Assembly: GCA_016432525.1 (NCBI GenBank)
Contig: CP066693.1
Location: 614,175 to 678,174 of the forward strand
DNA length: 64,000 nucleotides
From: Candidatus Woesebacteria bacterium
Lineage (GTDB): Bacteria; Patescibacteriota; Microgenomatia; UBA8517
Reading direction: 5' to 3'
The notes beneath the pieces were generated by a model, which was not told the DNA's origin, ran no database searches, and worked only from the letters and a program-made list of their open reading frames with translations. This document shows, in pieces, positions 47,194 to 57,121 of this stretch. Every line of letters begins with the position of its first letter. Within the stretch, counting starts at the first letter, position 1. The translations under genes were made by a program, and so were the position numbers.

Positions 47194-50100
47194 ATGAATA
47201 AAATAGACATAATAATTCCTGTCAAAAATGAAGAAAAGAATGTACTACCTCTAGCCCAAAGGATTCATGCTGCTTTAAAGAAACTAAAAATAGATTACTC
47301 AATGATTTTTGTCGATGATCGATCAACCGACAAAACAGTACAGACAATAGAAAGCCTTTATGATGAATACCCTGTAAGGCTTCACAAAAAACAAGGGTCA
47401 GGAGGCAAGGCTTATAGCATAGTCGAAGCAGTTCAAATATCAAATGCTCCTTTTATCGCAATGATAGATGGTGACCTTCAATATCCACCCGAAAGTATTC
47501 CAGAAATGCTTAAAAAACTAGAGACTGAAGGAGTAGGTGTTGTGGTCGCCAATAGAAAAAAAGAGAAAATAGGTCGTCTCCGGCGAATTGTTTCCAAAGC
47601 CAACGCCCTCCTACTTGGAAAGCTACTATTAAACTTCAATTGCGATGCCCAATCAGGTTTGAAACTCTTCAAAAGGGAAATTTTTGAACACTTAGATCTT
47701 AAAGACATAAAACCCTGGTCTTTTGATATGCCTCTTTTGTATACAGCTCAAGAACTGGGACTAAAAATTGAAACAGTTGAAATAGATTTTAGTGAAAGGC
47801 AAAATGGAAAATCCAAAGTTTCGCTTTTTAAAACTACAACTCAGATCGCAACAACCGCATTAAAACTAAAACTCAAAAGAAAGAAAATCTATCACATCAA
47901 GCCTCAGAAACCAAATTCAATGCTCGGAGCCGGAGTTTCCTTCAAAAGAAAGCGCTTTATTACACACACAACTCTTCACCATGACAAATCTGCTTTAGTA
48001 ACTTTCAAAAGATGGCAAAAAATTTTCATTTTATTAATTCTTTCAATTTTAGCTTTTGGTCTGGTTAAATCTCCTCTTTTAACCGCCAAAATTTTTATTG
48101 GAGTTCTATCTTTTGTTTATTTTGTGGATGTTCTTTTCAACTTTTTCTTAATTTTGAAAAGCCTTCATTTTCCACCAGAGCTGTCTTTCTCTGATGAAGA
48201 ACTTGCACAAATCAAAGATCAGTCTTTGCCAATTTACTCAATTCTTTGCCCCCTTTACAGAGAAGCCCACGTTTTACCTAATTTCCTGCAGTCAATAAAT
48301 AATCTTGATTATCCAAAAGAAAAGCTAGATGTCCTTCTTTTGCTCGAAGAGGACGATGGAGAAACAATTGATGCAGCCAAGAAAATGAAATTGCCTGATT
48401 ATGTAAGAATTTTGATTGTTCCTCACTCATATCCCAAAACCAAACCAAAGGCCTGTAATTACGGGTTATCTCACGCAATAGGCGAGTATGTAGTAATTTA
48501 CGATGCGGAAGATGCTCCAGAATCCTCACAACTTAAAAAGGCCTATCTTGGATTTCAAAAAGTAAAAAGTAGCGTTTTTTGTCTTCAAGCAAAACTTAAT
48601 TACTATAACCCAAACCACAATCTTTTAACTAGACTTTTTACTGCAGAATATTCTCTTTGGTTTGATGTAATTTTGCCAGGTCTTCAATCAATTGAAGCAA
48701 CTATTCCTCTTGGTGGAACTAGCAACCACTTTAGAACCGCTGATTTATTAAAGTTAGAAGGTTGGGATCCTTTTAATGTCACAGAAGATTGTGATTTAGG
48801 AGTTCGTCTTTTTAAAGCAGGCTACAAAACTGCAATTATTGATTCAACAACACTAGAAGAGGCCAACAGTAATCTCAAAAATTGGATTCGTCAGAGATCT
48901 CGTTGGATTAAAGGCTACATTCAATCCTATTTAGTTCATATGCGAAATCCACTTGAGTTTATAAAAAATCATGGAATTCAAGCTTTGATTTTCCAACTAA
49001 TAGTTGGTGGAAAAATCGCTTTCATGTTAATTAATCCAATTCTTTGGCTTGCAACTTTCTCCTATTTTGCTCTTTACAAATTTGTAGGCCCAACAATTGA
49101 AGCTCTTTATCCTCCAGTAATTTTCTATATGGCAGCAACATCGCTAGTAGTTGGAAACTTCATGTTTCTTTATTACTACATGATTGGTTGCGCCAAAAAA
49201 GAGCACTGGACTGTCATTAAATTTGTATTTTTAGTTCCAATTTATTGGCTCATGGTAAGCTACGCCGCCTTAGTTGCTCTAATTCAATTAATTACAAAAC
49301 CTCACTATTGGGAAAAAACCAATCACGGTCTTCACCTTAAAAAACAAGAAATAAAAGAAAAAGAACAACTAATTGTAGATATAAATAACCAAATTCCAGT
49401 TAAATCAGAAAAATTAAGCAAATCTTTAATCGGGGGAATCGCACTAATTGTAGCTTCAATGATTGCAAATGTATTAAATCTTCTTTTTAATATCTATCTT
49501 GGAAAATCAATAGGTTTGGAAAGTTTCGGCCTTATAAGCCTTTTTGGAGGAATAATCGCTCTTATTCAAATCCCTCTTTCCTCATACAGCCGCACAATTA
49601 CCCATAAAACAGCATATCTGTTAGGAAAGTATAGTACGCCAGTCAAAACATATTGGAAAGAATTGAGAAACGCCTCATACCTTCCTTCTTTTCTTTTCGC
49701 CCTTGCCTGGATTGCAATCACTCCTTTTCTAGCTCGCTACTTTCAATCTAGCCCTCTTCCATTCTTTCTTTTGACCCCTCTCTGGCTTATCGGAATTCCA
49801 TCCTCTATTGATTCAGGAATAACAAATGGAAATCTAAAATTTGTTTCAGTAGCCATAACAACAATAGTTGAAGTTGTTGCCAAGTTTGCATCAACCATCT
49901 TCTTAGTGACTTTCGGATTTAAAGATTTTGTTTATCTTTCATTTTCATTTTCAGCTGTAATTTCATTCTTGGTCGGTTGGATTCTTGTCTTGTTTATCAA
50001 TAGAAAGGGAATTGAGATTAAAAAAGAAAATCTTCCTGTCTTCCCAAAAAAGTTTTACATAAGCACATTCTTTACAAAAATCTCTACAATTGCCTTTCTC

Positions 50101-51801
50101 TCAGTAGATGTAATTATCGCCAAACATTTTTTAAATCCCAGGGAAGCAGGTGAATACGCCCTTCTGTCATTAGCTGGAAAACTAGTCTTCTACTTAGGAA
50201 CTCTCTTTACTCAATTTGTTAATCCTCTAGTTTCAAAAAATGAAGGATTAGGCAAAAGCTCAAGAAAAACATTTGGATTTATTTTAGGTCTAACCACAGC
50301 CTCTGTTTCTTTCGGATTTCTACTGTTCGGAGTATTCGGAAAGTTTACAGTTCCTTTAATCTTTGGAGTAGCCAAAACTCAAAGCATAATTACATTCTTG
50401 CCTTTATATAACTATGCAATGGCATGTATTTGTATAGCCTCAGCAATAGTTTCATATCATCAATCAAAAGACAAACACGCATTTGCTTACCTAAGTCTTT
50501 TCTTCTCAATCCTTTTAGTTCTAGGCCTTTTCGTTTGGCACTCCGCCATAAGAGATTTCAGTTTTGTCTTAAGTGTTGTTGGAATCACATATCTTTGTGC
50601 AGTTTTTCTATTACATGAATTTTCTTCTAAAGTAAAAGTACAAAAAAGTACAAAAAAACTACTAAAAATTCTCATTCTTAATTGGAGAGACACTAAACAT
50701 AAATGGGCAGGTGGAGCAGAGGTCTATGTTCACGAGCTAGCCCAAAATTGGGTAAAAGAAGGTCATTTAGTAACTCTCTTTTGTGGAAATGACCAAAAAT
50801 GCCCAAGAAATGAAGTTGTAGACGGAGTCCAGGTAGTTCGTCGAGGCGGTTTTTACACAGTTTACATTTGGGCATTTATTTATTATCTTTTTGCTTTTAG
50901 AAGAAAATACGATGTAATTGTCGAAAGTGTTAACGGAGTTCCATTCTTTACGCCTTTCTATTCAAGAATCAAAAAAATCATAATAAGCTACCATGTCCAT
51001 CAGAACGTTTTTAGAAGTCATTTAAGATTTCCTCTCTCAACTCTGGCTAGCGTCATGGAAAAAAATTTAATGCCACTTGTTTACAGAAACACTCAATTTG
51101 TAACTATTTCTGCATCATCCAAAAACGATCTTTTAAATGCAAATCTTACTAAAAATGAAAATATAAGTATCGTAAATCCAGGAATCACATCAAAGCTTTA
51201 CAAAAAGGTTCCAAAAACAAAATATCCATCATTTTCATATGTTGGCCGCCTTCAGCATTACAAAAATATTGATATAGCACTAAAAGCATTCGCAAAGGTA
51301 GTCAAAATTCACAAAGATGCAGAGTTTGCAATTGTCGGAGAAGGCGAACAAGGTCAGTATCTCAAAAACATAACACACAATCTAGGTCTTTCGGAAAATG
51401 TTTTCTTTTTAGGTAAAGTCTCAGAAGAAGAAAAAGCCCGTGTATTTGGGCGTACTTGGGCCAGCATTCAACCTTCATCGTTCGAAGGATGGGGAATTAC
51501 AGTCATCGAGGCAAATGCAGCAGGAACTCCTGTTATAGCATCAAAGGTAAATGGTCTTAAAGATTCTGTGGTTGACGGAATTACTGGCCTATTAGTTCCA
51601 GAAAAGGATATCAAAGCTCTTGCTTATGCCATGAATTCAATAATTGAAGATAAATCTCTTAGAAATTATTTAAGCAAAGAGGCTCTAAAGTGGTCAAAAC
51701 AGTTTAGTTGGGAAAAAACATCAAAACAGTTTCTCAAAATCATTAACGAAAACTACTCTGACGATACCACAAAAATAGAAGGAGATTTTCAATATGTATA
51801 A
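47194..51801 (+). CDS. Giant (1535 aa) multi-module protein: DPM1-like GT2, then processive GT2 (D, DxD, TED, QRSRW), then Wzx/MOP-flippase-like 10-12 TM block, then GT4
   Basis: aa 1-230 read IIIPVKNEEKN...VDDRSTDKT...IDGDLQYPPE. aa ~330-600 read LCPLYREAH...IYDAEDAPE...TEDCDLGVR...QRSRWIKGY. aa ~740-1150 are polytopic. aa ~1160-1535 read ILNWRDTKHKWAGGAEVYVHELA...EGWGITVIEANAAGTPVIASKVNGL...GLLV. Confidence 0.8.
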   Translation: MNKIDIIIPVKNEEKNVLPLAQRIHAALKKLKIDYSMIFVDDRSTDKTVQTIESLYDEYPVRLHKKQGSGGKAYSIVEAVQISNAPFIAMIDGDLQYPPESIPEMLKKLETEGVGVVVANRKKEKIGRLRRIVSKANALLLGKLLLNFNCDAQSGLKLFKREIFEHLDLKDIKPWSFDMPLLYTAQELGLKIETVEIDFSERQNGKSKVSLFKTTTQIATTALKLKLKRKKIYHIKPQKPNSMLGAGVSFKRKRFITHTTLHHDKSALVTFKRWQKIFILLILSILAFGLVKSPLLTAKIFIGVLSFVYFVDVLFNFFLILKSLHFPPELSFSDEELAQIKDQSLPIYSILCPLYREAHVLPNFLQSINNLDYPKEKLDVLLLLEEDDGETIDAAKKMKLPDYVRILIVPHSYPKTKPKACNYGLSHAIGEYVVIYDAEDAPESSQLKKAYLGFQKVKSSVFCLQAKLNYYNPNHNLLTRLFTAEYSLWFDVILPGLQSIEATIPLGGTSNHFRTADLLKLEGWDPFNVTEDCDLGVRLFKAGYKTAIIDSTTLEEANSNLKNWIRQRSRWIKGYIQSYLVHMRNPLEFIKNHGIQALIFQLIVGGKIAFMLINPILWLATFSYFALYKFVGPTIEALYPPVIFYMAATSLVVGNFMFLYYYMIGCAKKEHWTVIKFVFLVPIYWLMVSYAALVALIQLITKPHYWEKTNHGLHLKKQEIKEKEQLIVDINNQIPVKSEKLSKSLIGGIALIVASMIANVLNLLFNIYLGKSIGLESFGLISLFGGIIALIQIPLSSYSRTITHKTAYLLGKYSTPVKTYWKELRNASYLPSFLFALAWIAITPFLARYFQSSPLPFFLLTPLWLIGIPSSIDSGITNGNLKFVSVAITTIVEVVAKFASTIFLVTFGFKDFVYLSFSFSAVISFLVGWILVLFINRKGIEIKKENLPVFPKKFYISTFFTKISTIAFLSVDVIIAKHFLNPREAGEYALLSLAGKLVFYLGTLFTQFVNPLVSKNEGLGKSSRKTFGFILGLTTASVSFGFLLFGVFGKFTVPLIFGVAKTQSIITFLPLYNYAMACICIASAIVSYHQSKDKHAFAYLSLFFSILLVLGLFVWHSAIRDFSFVLSVVGITYLCAVFLLHEFSSKVKVQKSTKKLLKILILNWRDTKHKWAGGAEVYVHELAQNWVKEGHLVTLFCGNDQKCPRNEVVDGVQVVRRGGFYTVYIWAFIYYLFAFRRKYDVIVESVNGVPFFTPFYSRIKKIIISYHVHQNVFRSHLRFPLSTLASVMEKNLMPLVYRNTQFVTISASSKNDLLNANLTKNENISIVNPGITSKLYKKVPKTKYPSFSYVGRLQHYKNIDIALKAFAKVVKIHKDAEFAIVGEGEQGQYLKNITHNLGLSENVFFLGKVSEEEKARVFGRTWASIQPSSFEGWGITVIEANAAGTPVIASKVNGLKDSVVDGITGLLVPEKDIKALAYAMNSIIEDKSLRNYLSKEALKWSKQFSWEKTSKQFLKIINENYSDDTTKIEGDFQYV

Positions 51802-52630
51802 GTTTCCACAAAAAATAAAAGGTTTTGATTTCCAAAAAGAGCTAATTGATAAAAAATCAAAACACAATTTCTATTTTGCTATCTACAAAAATGGAAATAA
51901 ACAAGCCATTGCGAAAATGTTTGTAGGAAATAAAAGTGATAAATCATACAAATCCTTACTTCATGAAGCATTTGTCACAAAGATATTAGAAAGTCTCACT
52001 CCCAAAGTTTATTGTGTGATTCAAAAAGATGAATTCTTCTTAATTTTATTTGAATTTATTAATGGTAATAAGCTCAATAAGTTTTCAGATTCTCAAAAAA
52101 TAAAAAATTACTTAAACTCAGTCAACAATCTTAGAAACACTGGTTCAAAATTAAACAAAGAAAACAAAAGGCTAATTGGCCAAAGAAGCTCTTTATTCCA
52201 CATAATTTCATATCCATATTTTGTAATAATGGCAATCTTTTCTTATCCAAAATATTTCTTAAATATCGTTTCCTTTATTCCAATCTTTTTAGGTTCAATC
52301 ATTGATCTATTAAAACAAAACAGCCTCGTTTTAACTCACGGAGATTTACATGACGACAACATTTTAATTACCAAAAGAAAAACTTATTTATTAGATTTTG
52401 GCTTTTCCAAATTCCAACACCCCTCTTATGAATTTATAGTTACACTATCTTGCTTATGGGATGACAAACCTTTTATAAATGGAATACTAAATCATCTCAA
52501 AAACCAAAAGGTTGGTTTAAACAAAGCTCTCTCGATAAAAATAGTTACACAGTTTTTGTCTGACAAAAATCTAAGCGATAAAAAGGTTGATAATTATATT
52601 AGTTTTCTAAATTTTATTAAAAAGATATGA
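51794..52630 (+). CDS. Protein-kinase-fold phosphotransferase (WaaP/Kdo-kinase/APH-like)
   Basis: The beta3 Lys lies in QAIAKMF, the catalytic loop reads LTHGDLHDDNILI, and the DFG motif reads YLLDFGFSK. Confidence 0.6.
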   Translation: MYKFPQKIKGFDFQKELIDKKSKHNFYFAIYKNGNKQAIAKMFVGNKSDKSYKSLLHEAFVTKILESLTPKVYCVIQKDEFFLILFEFINGNKLNKFSDSQKIKNYLNSVNNLRNTGSKLNKENKRLIGQRSSLFHIISYPYFVIMAIFSYPKYFLNIVSFIPIFLGSIIDLLKQNSLVLTHGDLHDDNILITKRKTYLLDFGFSKFQHPSYEFIVTLSCLWDDKPFINGILNHLKNQKVGLNKALSIKIVTQFLSDKNLSDKKVDNYISFLNFIKKI

Positions 52631-53571
52631 AAGCATTAACCATTATTCCAGCATATATTCTAGGCAATACCAAAAAAGTAATTCTTCCCAAAAAAGTAGG
52701 TTCTTATGTTTTAATTAAAGACCTGCAACAGAAAAAAATTCATCCATACGCTGTTGGACTTTATAAAAAAGATGGAAATAAATTTGTTATTAAGATTTGG
52801 TCTGGTAATTTAAAGGATGAATTTTATTATTGCCTTAAAAATGAAATAGCTGCACTCGCAATTTTAAACAAAACTCGAAAATTTAAAATCAAGAGCTTAC
52901 CTACTCATTTAAGACAAGTCTCAACACCAGGCTTTATAGAATCAATAGATAAAAATAATCAATTAATATTAATAGCTGAATACATAGAGGGAAAAAAGGT
53001 TTCGGAGTTGAAATCAACAGAAAAACAACTTCTATATTTGAATATCTGCCAAGAATATATAAAGTGGATTGGAGACAATATTCCCCCAAAAGAAAGAAAA
53101 TTAATTAGAGACAAATCCAAACTTAAATTCTTATATTATTATCCTTTAATTTTTGCTGCAGCTTTTATAAAACGTCCAGATTTAAGATCAATTCTTTTAA
53201 AAAGCGTACATACATTTATTTCAGGAGTTCCTATGTTTCTTAAATTTGAAAGTAGATTAGTTCATGGCGATTTACATGTACAAAACATAATTACAAAAGG
53301 TAAAAAAATCTACATTTTAGATACTGAAATCATGATGTATACATTTCCTGTTTATGAACAAATAGTTTCATTTGCAAGCTTCAGAAATAGCTATTCCTTG
53401 CAGAAAAAAATATTAGATAGTTTAATTAGAAAAGCAAAAAAAAATAAAGAATTCAAGATACTGTTGAAGAGTCTCTTAATCCATAACTCAACATACGATT
53501 TAACTGGAAATGTGCCTAATAAAGTTGTTGAAAAAAGTAGAGAAAATATAAAATTAGCAATATCACTATGA
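52627..53571 (+). CDS. Protein-kinase-fold phosphotransferase (paralogous, WaaP/APH-like)
   Basis: The beta3 Lys lies in KFVIKIWSG, the catalytic loop reads LVHGDLHVQNIIT, and the metal-binding Asp lies in YILDTEI. Confidence 0.55.
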   Translation: MKALTIIPAYILGNTKKVILPKKVGSYVLIKDLQQKKIHPYAVGLYKKDGNKFVIKIWSGNLKDEFYYCLKNEIAALAILNKTRKFKIKSLPTHLRQVSTPGFIESIDKNNQLILIAEYIEGKKVSELKSTEKQLLYLNICQEYIKWIGDNIPPKERKLIRDKSKLKFLYYYPLIFAAAFIKRPDLRSILLKSVHTFISGVPMFLKFESRLVHGDLHVQNIITKGKKIYILDTEIMMYTFPVYEQIVSFASFRNSYSLQKKILDSLIRKAKKNKEFKILLKSLLIHNSTYDLTGNVPNKVVEKSRENIKLAISL

Positions 53572-54260
53572 AAAAACAAATTTACAAAATAAGATCATCA
53601 ATAACCAAAAAAATAAAATCTAAATCACGCTATTTTTTGGCTACAAAAAGTCTTAAACCTTTAAGTAGAAAGTTCGGCTTTGACAGGGGAACTCCTATCG
53701 ATAGATTCTGGATTGAATCATTTTTAAAAGAAAACAGAAGGCAAATTAAAGGAAAATGTTTAGAGATTACAGACAACTTCTACATCAAAAAATTTGGTCT
53801 TTCTAAAGTCAAAACAAGAGATGTTTTGGATATTGATATTAAAAACAAAAAAGCAAATATTCACGGAGATTTAAGAAATCTCAAAAACAAAATTAAAGAC
53901 AACTCTTATGATTGTGTAATCTTAACCCATGTTTTGGGCGCAATAGATGAATATGAAAAAGCGCTTTTAGAAATAAAAAGAATTCTAAAGCCCGGTGGAG
54001 TTTTACTTTTGACATCCTCTTGCTTTAGTCCGATATACATCCAAGGTCCTAAAAATTACTGGAGATTCACACCGGATGGAGCAAAACATGTTTTTGGAAA
54101 TATTTTTGGTGAGAGAAAAGTCAAAGTTAAATCTTATGGAAATGTACTTACTGGCCAATGTTTTTGGGTAGGTATGTCTCAAGAAGAATTAAGCAAATAT
54201 GAACTTGAATATAACGACCCCGAATTTCCATGTATAGTGGGAGTTTTAGCAAGAAAATAA
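53568..54260 (+). CDS. Class I SAM-dependent methyltransferase
   Basis: CLEITDNF...DCVILTHVLGAI...LKPGGVLLLT resembles the Methyltransf_11/23 family. Confidence 0.7.
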   Translation: MKKQIYKIRSSITKKIKSKSRYFLATKSLKPLSRKFGFDRGTPIDRFWIESFLKENRRQIKGKCLEITDNFYIKKFGLSKVKTRDVLDIDIKNKKANIHGDLRNLKNKIKDNSYDCVILTHVLGAIDEYEKALLEIKRILKPGGVLLLTSSCFSPIYIQGPKNYWRFTPDGAKHVFGNIFGERKVKVKSYGNVLTGQCFWVGMSQEELSKYELEYNDPEFPCIVGVLARK

Positions 54261-54261
54261 T

Positions 54262-55167
54262 ATGAAGAAATTAAAACAATTAACAGTCGGAATTCCTGCT
54301 TTAAACGAAGAAAAAAGTATAGGAGTTTTACTAAGCTCCTTGATTTCTCAAAAAGAGAAAGGTTTTAGGATAGTAAAAATAATAGTAATTTCCGACGGAA
54401 GTACTGATTCAACAGTATCAACTGCTAAAAGAATTAAAGACAGAAGAATAGAAGTAATTCAAAAAAAGAAACGTCTAGGAAAAGCCAGTCGATTAAATCA
54501 AATAATCAATAAAACCGATTCCGATCTTCTTGTTTTAGTAGATGCTGACATTTCAATCGCAAGTCAGGATTTCATTTCAGAATTGGTGACTCCAATAATA
54601 AACCAAAAAGCTGATATGACTTCACCTGCAATACAAGAATTGTCATCTAAAACATTTTTCGAAGAAGTTTTAGATCTTTCAATGAAATTGAAGATAATTC
54701 TATTCTCAAAATTCAAAAACGGAAATAACGTATACAACTGTCACGGCCCAGCAAGAGCTTTCAATAAAAGCTTATATAAAAAAATAAACTTCCAAAATAG
54801 CGAAGGGGACGACATGTTCTCTTATCTTTTTTGCATCAAAAACAATTATAAATTCAGATTTATTCCTAATATTTACGTCTCATACAGACTTCCATCCGTC
54901 ATAAAAGATCATTACAAACAAAGCTCACGTTATTTAAACGCAATTGAATTTTGTAATAGCTTCTTTGGCAAAAATTTAGTAAATTCAGAGTTTGCAATTC
55001 CCAGAAGTGTATTCTTATGTTCATTTCTCTCATCAATTCCGCTTTTATTTAGAATGCCAATTCATTCTATTTTTTATCTTTCAACTTTTTCTCTTGTTAG
55101 AATTGCACGTAAATTGAACATCAAACCTAATGAATATTGGCAAGTTAAATCATCAAAAAATATATGA
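54262..55167 (+). CDS. Family 2 glycosyltransferase (paralog group A)
   Basis: VGIPALNEEKSIGVLL...IVISDGSTDSTV...LVDADI, with a C-terminal tail reading NEYWQVKSSKNI. Confidence 0.75.
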   Translation: MKKLKQLTVGIPALNEEKSIGVLLSSLISQKEKGFRIVKIIVISDGSTDSTVSTAKRIKDRRIEVIQKKKRLGKASRLNQIINKTDSDLLVLVDADISIASQDFISELVTPIINQKADMTSPAIQELSSKTFFEEVLDLSMKLKIILFSKFKNGNNVYNCHGPARAFNKSLYKKINFQNSEGDDMFSYLFCIKNNYKFRFIPNIYVSYRLPSVIKDHYKQSSRYLNAIEFCNSFFGKNLVNSEFAIPRSVFLCSFLSSIPLLFRMPIHSIFYLSTFSLVRIARKLNIKPNEYWQVKSSKNI

Positions 55168-55961
55168 AGAAAAGAAACTACATAAGGAAAGCGATATATC
55201 TGACACTTTTAAGAGTTGATCATCTCTTAAAGCGTTCTAACAAAATAGTCATTTTCTGCTATCACAGTATTGCAAAGGATAATTGGGCCTTTAGCGTAAA
55301 ACCAAAAAATTTAGAAAAACAAATGGATTACATGCTTGATAATTACGAATCTTGGAGTTTATCTGATCTAGAAAAATATCTAAAAGGAAGAAAAAAACTT
55401 ACAAAGAATGTGTTTATTGTAACCTTTGATGATGGTTATAGAAACCTACTCAAATCCATTGATCTTTTCAAAAGTAAGTCAATCTATCCAACAGTTTTCC
55501 TTCTTTCTGACAAAGAAAAAATAAAAAGAAAAGAGATTTCATCTAAAAAATTAATTTTAAAAGAAAGTGACATATTAATCTTGAAGTCAGCCGGTTGGGA
55601 AATAGGAAGTCACTCAAAAACCCATCCCAACTTTTGGAAATTAGACGAAAATAAGCTAGAAGAAGAAATTAAAGGTTCTAAGCTAAATTTAGAAAAAAAT
55701 CTCAACTTAAAAGTAAATTATTTTGCTTATCCAAAAGGAAAATACACAAAAAATGCTCTAAATATAGTCAAAAAATCAGGTTATAAATTGGCGCTTACGG
55801 TAGATGACAATTTCATATGTAGATCCTCAAATAAATTCTTACTTCCAAGAATAGGTATTGATGGAACCCATACTTTCGAAGAATTTAAAGCAAGTTTTAC
55901 ACCATCAGTAGTTACATTCAGAAATATCGTAAAACACACATTTTTTTACAAATTTATATGA
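55164..55961 (+). CDS. Polysaccharide deacetylase (NodB homology domain)
   Basis: The core reads VTFDDGYRNLL...GSHSKTHP. Confidence 0.75.
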   Translation: MKKRNYIRKAIYLTLLRVDHLLKRSNKIVIFCYHSIAKDNWAFSVKPKNLEKQMDYMLDNYESWSLSDLEKYLKGRKKLTKNVFIVTFDDGYRNLLKSIDLFKSKSIYPTVFLLSDKEKIKRKEISSKKLILKESDILILKSAGWEIGSHSKTHPNFWKLDENKLEEEIKGSKLNLEKNLNLKVNYFAYPKGKYTKNALNIVKKSGYKLALTVDDNFICRSSNKFLLPRIGIDGTHTFEEFKASFTPSVVTFRNIVKHTFFYKFI

Positions 55962-57121
55962 AAAACAAAAAAATCGATTTAATAGTTAAATATTTTTATC
56001 CAGTTGCAGCCGGTATTGAAACAAATACCTTAGAAACTTATTCCATTCTTGCAAAAGAAGGTTTTAATGTAATAATTCACACATCTATAAATTCTCTTGT
56101 TGAAAAAAATATTTACAAAAATTACGAAGAATATAGAGGGCTCAAAATAAAACGTTTTGAATTTAATAAATATCTTTTAAATCCCAAAATAGATTACAAA
56201 AACTCAGATATCATTGCCCTACACAATTTTGATGTTCTACCTCATCTAACAATCATGTTAAAGTCACTATTTTTTAAAATCCTTGGCAAAAAAAATTATA
56301 AATTAATCCTAACTCCTCATGGAGGCTTTAATCCAGAATGGAGCATCTTTAAGCCTCAAATAGCTCTGGCTAAAAGCATTTATCACTTTACACTTGGAAC
56401 TTTCCTTATAAATCTTACTGTTGATTCAGTTCGCGCAGTATCGGAATGGGAAAGGCAGGAAATTATTAAAAAAGGTGTTAATCCCTCAAAAGTAGTGGTA
56501 ATTTCAAATGGATTAGAAGATGAAGCTTTCAAGGATGTTGAAAATCTTGCCTCAAACGATATAAAACAAAAAGTTAAAAGTTTTGGAAAATATATTATCC
56601 AAATCGGCCGCGTCTACCCAATCAAAAATTATGAAACTACAATTAAAGCTTTAGCTAAGTGTCCAAAAGACCTCAAATATATAATCGCAGGTCCAATTGC
56701 AAATGAAAATTATAAAACAAAATTAGATAACTTAATTAAAAAATTGAATCTTAAAAATAGAGTAATCTTCGTAGGAGTAATAAGAGGAATTGACAAATAT
56801 TATCTAATAAAACACGCACAAATCATGGTTCATATGGCTATTTGGGAAAGCTTTTGTAATGTTGTCCATGAAGGTTTATCTCAAGGCCTTCCAATAATTG
56901 TAGCCAACAATACCGCCCTTCCATACATTATTAAAAATAATGTTAACGGCTACTGCGTTGAAACCAAAAATTATCAAAAATTAGCCTCAAAAATCGATTT
57001 TATTTTGAAAAATATGAATGGAAAAGAAATTAAAGATATGAAAAAAAGAAATAAAAACGTAGGGACAGATGAATCCTGGACCTCAACAGCATTAAAAATG
57101 AAGGAGCTTTATGAAAAATAA
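55958..57121 (+). CDS. Family 4 glycosyltransferase (GT-B)
   Basis: The Glycos_transf_1 C-domain reads ...VHMAIWESFCNVVHEGLSQGLPIIVANNTALPYII...GYCV. Confidence 0.8.
   Translation: MKNKKIDLIVKYFYPVAAGIETNTLETYSILAKEGFNVIIHTSINSLVEKNIYKNYEEYRGLKIKRFEFNKYLLNPKIDYKNSDIIALHNFDVLPHLTIMLKSLFFKILGKKNYKLILTPHGGFNPEWSIFKPQIALAKSIYHFTLGTFLINLTVDSVRAVSEWERQEIIKKGVNPSKVVVISNGLEDEAFKDVENLASNDIKQKVKSFGKYIIQIGRVYPIKNYETTIKALAKCPKDLKYIIAGPIANENYKTKLDNLIKKLNLKNRVIFVGVIRGIDKYYLIKHAQIMVHMAIWESFCNVVHEGLSQGLPIIVANNTALPYIIKNNVNGYCVETKNYQKLASKIDFILKNMNGKEIKDMKKRNKNVGTDESWTSTALKMKELYEK

Noticed and set aside
50631-50660. The micro-repeat AGTACAAAAAAGTACAAAAAAAC
   Set aside because: It lies inside the linker of the giant glycosyltransferase gene and encodes a Lys-rich linker (KVKVQKSTKK). 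It is a codon-level duplication, not a CRISPR or mobile-element repeat.
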